Shown here piece after piece: positions 40,655 through 43,109 of a stretch of DNA of 43,109 nt. The notes under the pieces are model-generated. The model saw nothing but the letters and a program-made list of their open reading frames with translations. It searched no databases and had not been told where the DNA came from. Each line of letters begins with the position of its first letter. The stretch's first letter is position 1. Source of the stretch: a virus; the IMG/VR virus record IMGVR_UViG_3300005262_000003; one strand, given 5' to 3'. Made by a program: the position numbers and the translations under genes.

Positions 40655-40834
40655 TTACTCCAGTCCCGCGTCCGGAAGCACCCGGCGCTCGCCGTACACC
40701 TGCTCGCCACGCGTCGGCGCCGGTCTGGCCGGAACCGTCCCACGCCGTTCGAACTGCGGGCGGCGTCGGTCGTTCACCGGGCTGGTGAAGTACGACGACA
40801 CGCCGCGGCGGCGGTCCTTTCCTCGTTCGATCAT
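40655..40834 (-). CDS. Mini-ORF, 59 aa, Arg-rich
   Basis: ATGA-coupled to the upstream ASCH gene. Ends 2 nt before the xis start. Confidence 0.4.
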   Translation of the reverse strand: MIERGKDRRRGVSSYFTSPVNDRRRPQFERRGTVPARPAPTRGEQVYGERRVLPDAGLE

Positions 40835-41511
40835 CGTTCGATCCTCCTGAATTCCACGACCCACACCCAGGGGTTGGTCGCCCAGCTGCCGGCGCCGTTG
40901 ATGCTGTCCCAGAGCGACCGGTATGAATTCTGTGGAATTGCGACCTTCGACGTCCATCCATTCGACGGGTCGTAGTTGCGCCACGTCCGCGTGCTGGGAA
41001 CCGCACACGGCATCTGCTCGATTCCCTCGGCGATAGCGTCCGCCTCGCTGATGTCCTGCAGCCGCTCAACGCGTAGGCCGGTGATCTCCAGCAGGATGCG
41101 GCTGTCCTTCCTAAACATGTGGATCGACGGCTTCCACGTGATCTCATCGACCGGCGGCAGGTTCGTGAAGCCGGCCGCGCACGACGGATAATCGGCCCGA
41201 TAGAAGGTGGGGCCAGGGTCGAGAGTCGTCGGCTGCGCCCACGTCTCGCGCACCCACAGGCGATCGCCCGCTACTCCGTATGGGCACAGGATGTCATCGT
41301 CGGCGCTGTCCGGCCAATCAGGCGCCACCGGGCGAACGGTGCCTGGCCGGCCGAAGGCAACCGGGTTCGGTGGCGGGCTGGTACCCCACATCGGCTGAAG
41401 GCTCTGCCACGACTCTGGCTGCGGCTTCACTACACGCCGCGTTTGCGTCTTCGTGCCGTCGAGCAGCGCGCGCACCATTGGGCCACTGAAGAGGATCGGA
41501 CGTTCAGTCAT
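40831..41511 (-). CDS. ASCH-domain-like protein, 226 aa
   Basis: Internal ATG 41511. MTERPILFSGPMVRALLDGTKTQTRRVV and RLWVRETW are typical ASCH-type phage protein motifs. Confidence 0.7.
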   Translation of the reverse strand: MTERPILFSGPMVRALLDGTKTQTRRVVKPQPESWQSLQPMWGTSPPPNPVAFGRPGTVRPVAPDWPDSADDDILCPYGVAGDRLWVRETWAQPTTLDPGPTFYRADYPSCAAGFTNLPPVDEITWKPSIHMFRKDSRILLEITGLRVERLQDISEADAIAEGIEQMPCAVPSTRTWRNYDPSNGWTSKVAIPQNSYRSLWDSINGAGSWATNPWVWVVEFRRIER

Positions 41512-42031
41512 GGTGGCCACCTTCGCTGTCGGTGGCGGCCGCCGGCCCATACCCCATGTCCAGCTCCTGCGCCTGGTCGACCAGCTGCTGCAGGGCGGCC
41601 TGCTTCGCGCGGTCGATGCGATCGATTTCGGCCAGCAGCAGCGCGGCGGCGCGCACGTAGTTGGCGCGGGCATCGCGCGGCTTCCACCACGACTTCGCCC
41701 AAGGCCAAATATACGGAGCCTCGTCGTTGGCACCGTTCAGGATGTACGACGCCGCGGCGCGCGGCAGCTCTGCGGCATAGTAGCGGTCGTCGCCCTCGTT
41801 CGTCATCCCTTCGGCTTCGACCTGGCGGCGGCGCTCGGCCAGGACATCGCGTGCAGCTCGGTTTGTCAGCGTGGCCAGCACCTGCGCCGGCGTCCCGATC
41901 GCGATCACGCGGTCGCCGCCCGGGATGGGCACGATGTTCGATTCCGTGCTCGTGTAGTGCTGCAGCTCGAGCACGGCGGCCAGCAGGCGCAAGCGCTTGG
42001 CTTCCAGCTTGATGTCGGTGTTCTTGTCCAT
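41504..42031 (-). CDS. Hypothetical protein, 175 aa
   Basis: ORF track. Conserved-looking ...WPWAKSWWKPRDARANYVRAAALLLAEIDRIDR segment. Confidence 0.7.
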   Translation of the reverse strand: MDKNTDIKLEAKRLRLLAAVLELQHYTSTESNIVPIPGGDRVIAIGTPAQVLATLTNRAARDVLAERRRQVEAEGMTNEGDDRYYAAELPRAAASYILNGANDEAPYIWPWAKSWWKPRDARANYVRAAALLLAEIDRIDRAKQAALQQLVDQAQELDMGYGPAAATDSEGGHHD

Positions 42032-42139
42032 GTCGTCCTTTCAAAAAGTGCCAGACTTGGCACCGCGTGTATCAAATTTGCGTAATGACAACGTTTTTCG
42101 TTCCGTGTACAGTGCGGGTTTTCCAGAGAGGAGAGGCAG

Positions 42140-42379
42140 ATGGCCGAATACCGATTCCATGAGATGGGTGAATTTTTCGTGAACACGCATGCAGTAGAAA
42201 AGGGCGAAAACTGCTGGGCAGCGTTCGTTTTCTTCGAGCGTAAGGCTGACGCCAGCAAAACGCTGGCGCCGGGCATGCGGCACCACCTTCCCCAGGATTA
42301 CGAGTCCGAAGGCATGGCGATCGAGGCCGGGATTCAGTACGCCCATCAGTGCATCCAGGATGGGCAAACCGGCCTGTAA
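42140..42379 (+). CDS. Hypothetical protein, 79 aa, lone plus-strand gene inside the leftward operon
   Basis: GAGAGGAGAGG Shine-Dalgarno region. Lower-G+C upstream spacer. Convergent with the DUF5131 gene (5-nt gap). Confidence 0.55.
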   Translation: MAEYRFHEMGEFFVNTHAVEKGENCWAAFVFFERKADASKTLAPGMRHHLPQDYESEGMAIEAGIQYAHQCIQDGQTGL

Positions 42380-42384
42380 AAAGC

Positions 42385-43109
42385 TCACGTCCCACCTTTC
42401 GGATAGCCGTCGTGCTGAACGCCGTCGAGCTGGCGGCCGGCGGCCTTCTTGCCCACGCGCGCCACCTGCTGTCCACCCTCGAAGCCGTGCCACTGCGGCT
42501 TGACCGGGAGCGGCGCGGCGCCTTCCAGAATCAGGACTTTGCCCGTCACGCTGCGGCCATCGATCGCTGGCAGCCATTCACCCCACTGCTTGAAGAGAAA
42601 CGGCACGCCTGCGGCTGCGCACTGGTCGCGCAGGTCGCGAGCCCACGCCGGGTGCATTGGACGGGACGCCGGGCCGCTCTCGCCGCCGACGATCACCCAG
42701 TCGACCATTCGAATCATCGGCCGGTACCAGCGCAGCGCGCGCTCGTCGGGCGCATTCTGGTCCAGGCGCACCGGCCCCAGCAGCGGCTCCATGCTCAGGA
42801 ACTTCACGTGCGCATGCAGGGTGGCCAGCTTCGGGATGTCGCGGTCGGCCTCGACCTGGTTGACGATGCTTGCCCCCAGCCACACGTTCGGGTGATCGAT
42901 CAGCCAGCCGTTCGGCAGCATGTCGGTCACGTTGCCGATGCGCTTCGTCAGCAGCAGCCAGTCCAGATTCGGGGTCTGGGCGATCAGCTTGAGCAGATCC
43001 GCGCGCCACGCCGGGTCCACCTGGTTGTCGAATACGTCGGCGAGCGACGCGCAGAACACGCGCTGGCGCCGGCCGTGCTGCGCGAAGAACTCGTCGTGCC
43101 GACGGTTCC
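42385..43109 (-). CDS. Gp37/Gp68-type (DUF5131) protein, C-terminal part (5' end runs off the window and continues at 313-121)
   Basis: ORF 42385-43059 extends in frame to the window edge. WLLLTKR, VWLGASIVNQ, FLSMEPLLGP, VDWVIVGGESGP and FLFKQWGEW motifs are typical of the family. Confidence 0.85.
   Translation of the reverse strand, partial: NRRHDEFFAQHGRRQRVFCASLADVFDNQVDPAWRADLLKLIAQTPNLDWLLLTKRIGNVTDMLPNGWLIDHPNVWLGASIVNQVEADRDIPKLATLHAHVKFLSMEPLLGPVRLDQNAPDERALRWYRPMIRMVDWVIVGGESGPASRPMHPAWARDLRDQCAAAGVPFLFKQWGEWLPAIDGRSVTGKVLILEGAAPLPVKPQWHGFEGGQQVARVGKKAAGRQLDGVQHDGYPKGGT
42990..43109. repeat. Terminal direct duplication, copy 2
   Basis: Identical to nt 1-120. Confidence 0.95.

Overview
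The window is one complete genome of a temperate, lambdoid-organised, short-tailed phage from a high-G+C host, probably Burkholderia-like. It is in circular/excised form. nt 1-120 repeat exactly at 42990-43109, so the unit length is 42,989 bp and a DUF5131 gene is split across the window ends.

Layout:
- Leftward early operon from a PL-like promoter (7.6 kb down to 0.3 kb). It continues through the junction to ASCH, xis and int (42.4 to 39.3 kb) and includes RecT/YqaJ recombination genes.
- Immunity region: CI S24-type repressor, Cro, and shared AGCAWTGCT operators. A foreign low-G+C two-gene cassette sits in the lambda rex position.
- Rightward early operon: DUF1376 replication initiator with internal iterons, RuvC-like resolvase, DpdA-like transglycosylase, Q-like antiterminator.
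- A RelE/HTH toxin-antitoxin moron with a consensus promoter, then a PR'-like late promoter plus terminator.
- Packaging, head and tail genes: TerS, TerL, portal, GroES-like protein, scaffold, decoration protein, major capsid, HslV-like Ntn hydrolase, ejection proteins, P22 gp10-like hub, beta-helix tailspike. An opposite-strand HNH homing endonuclease interrupts this module.
- Lysis cassette, then a divergent pair of small ORFs separated by a LexA box.
- attP built on the 3' part of tRNA-His, with four arm-type repeats.

I saw no CRISPR array, rRNA, intact tRNA, reverse transcriptase/DGR or transposase.

Best candidates for undescribed biology are the cI-coupled low-G+C cassette (7720-8717), the SOS-box gene pair (38430-39033), and the HslV-like threonine protease inside the virion module (26083-26514). 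All family assignments come from reading motifs by eye. No database search was run.
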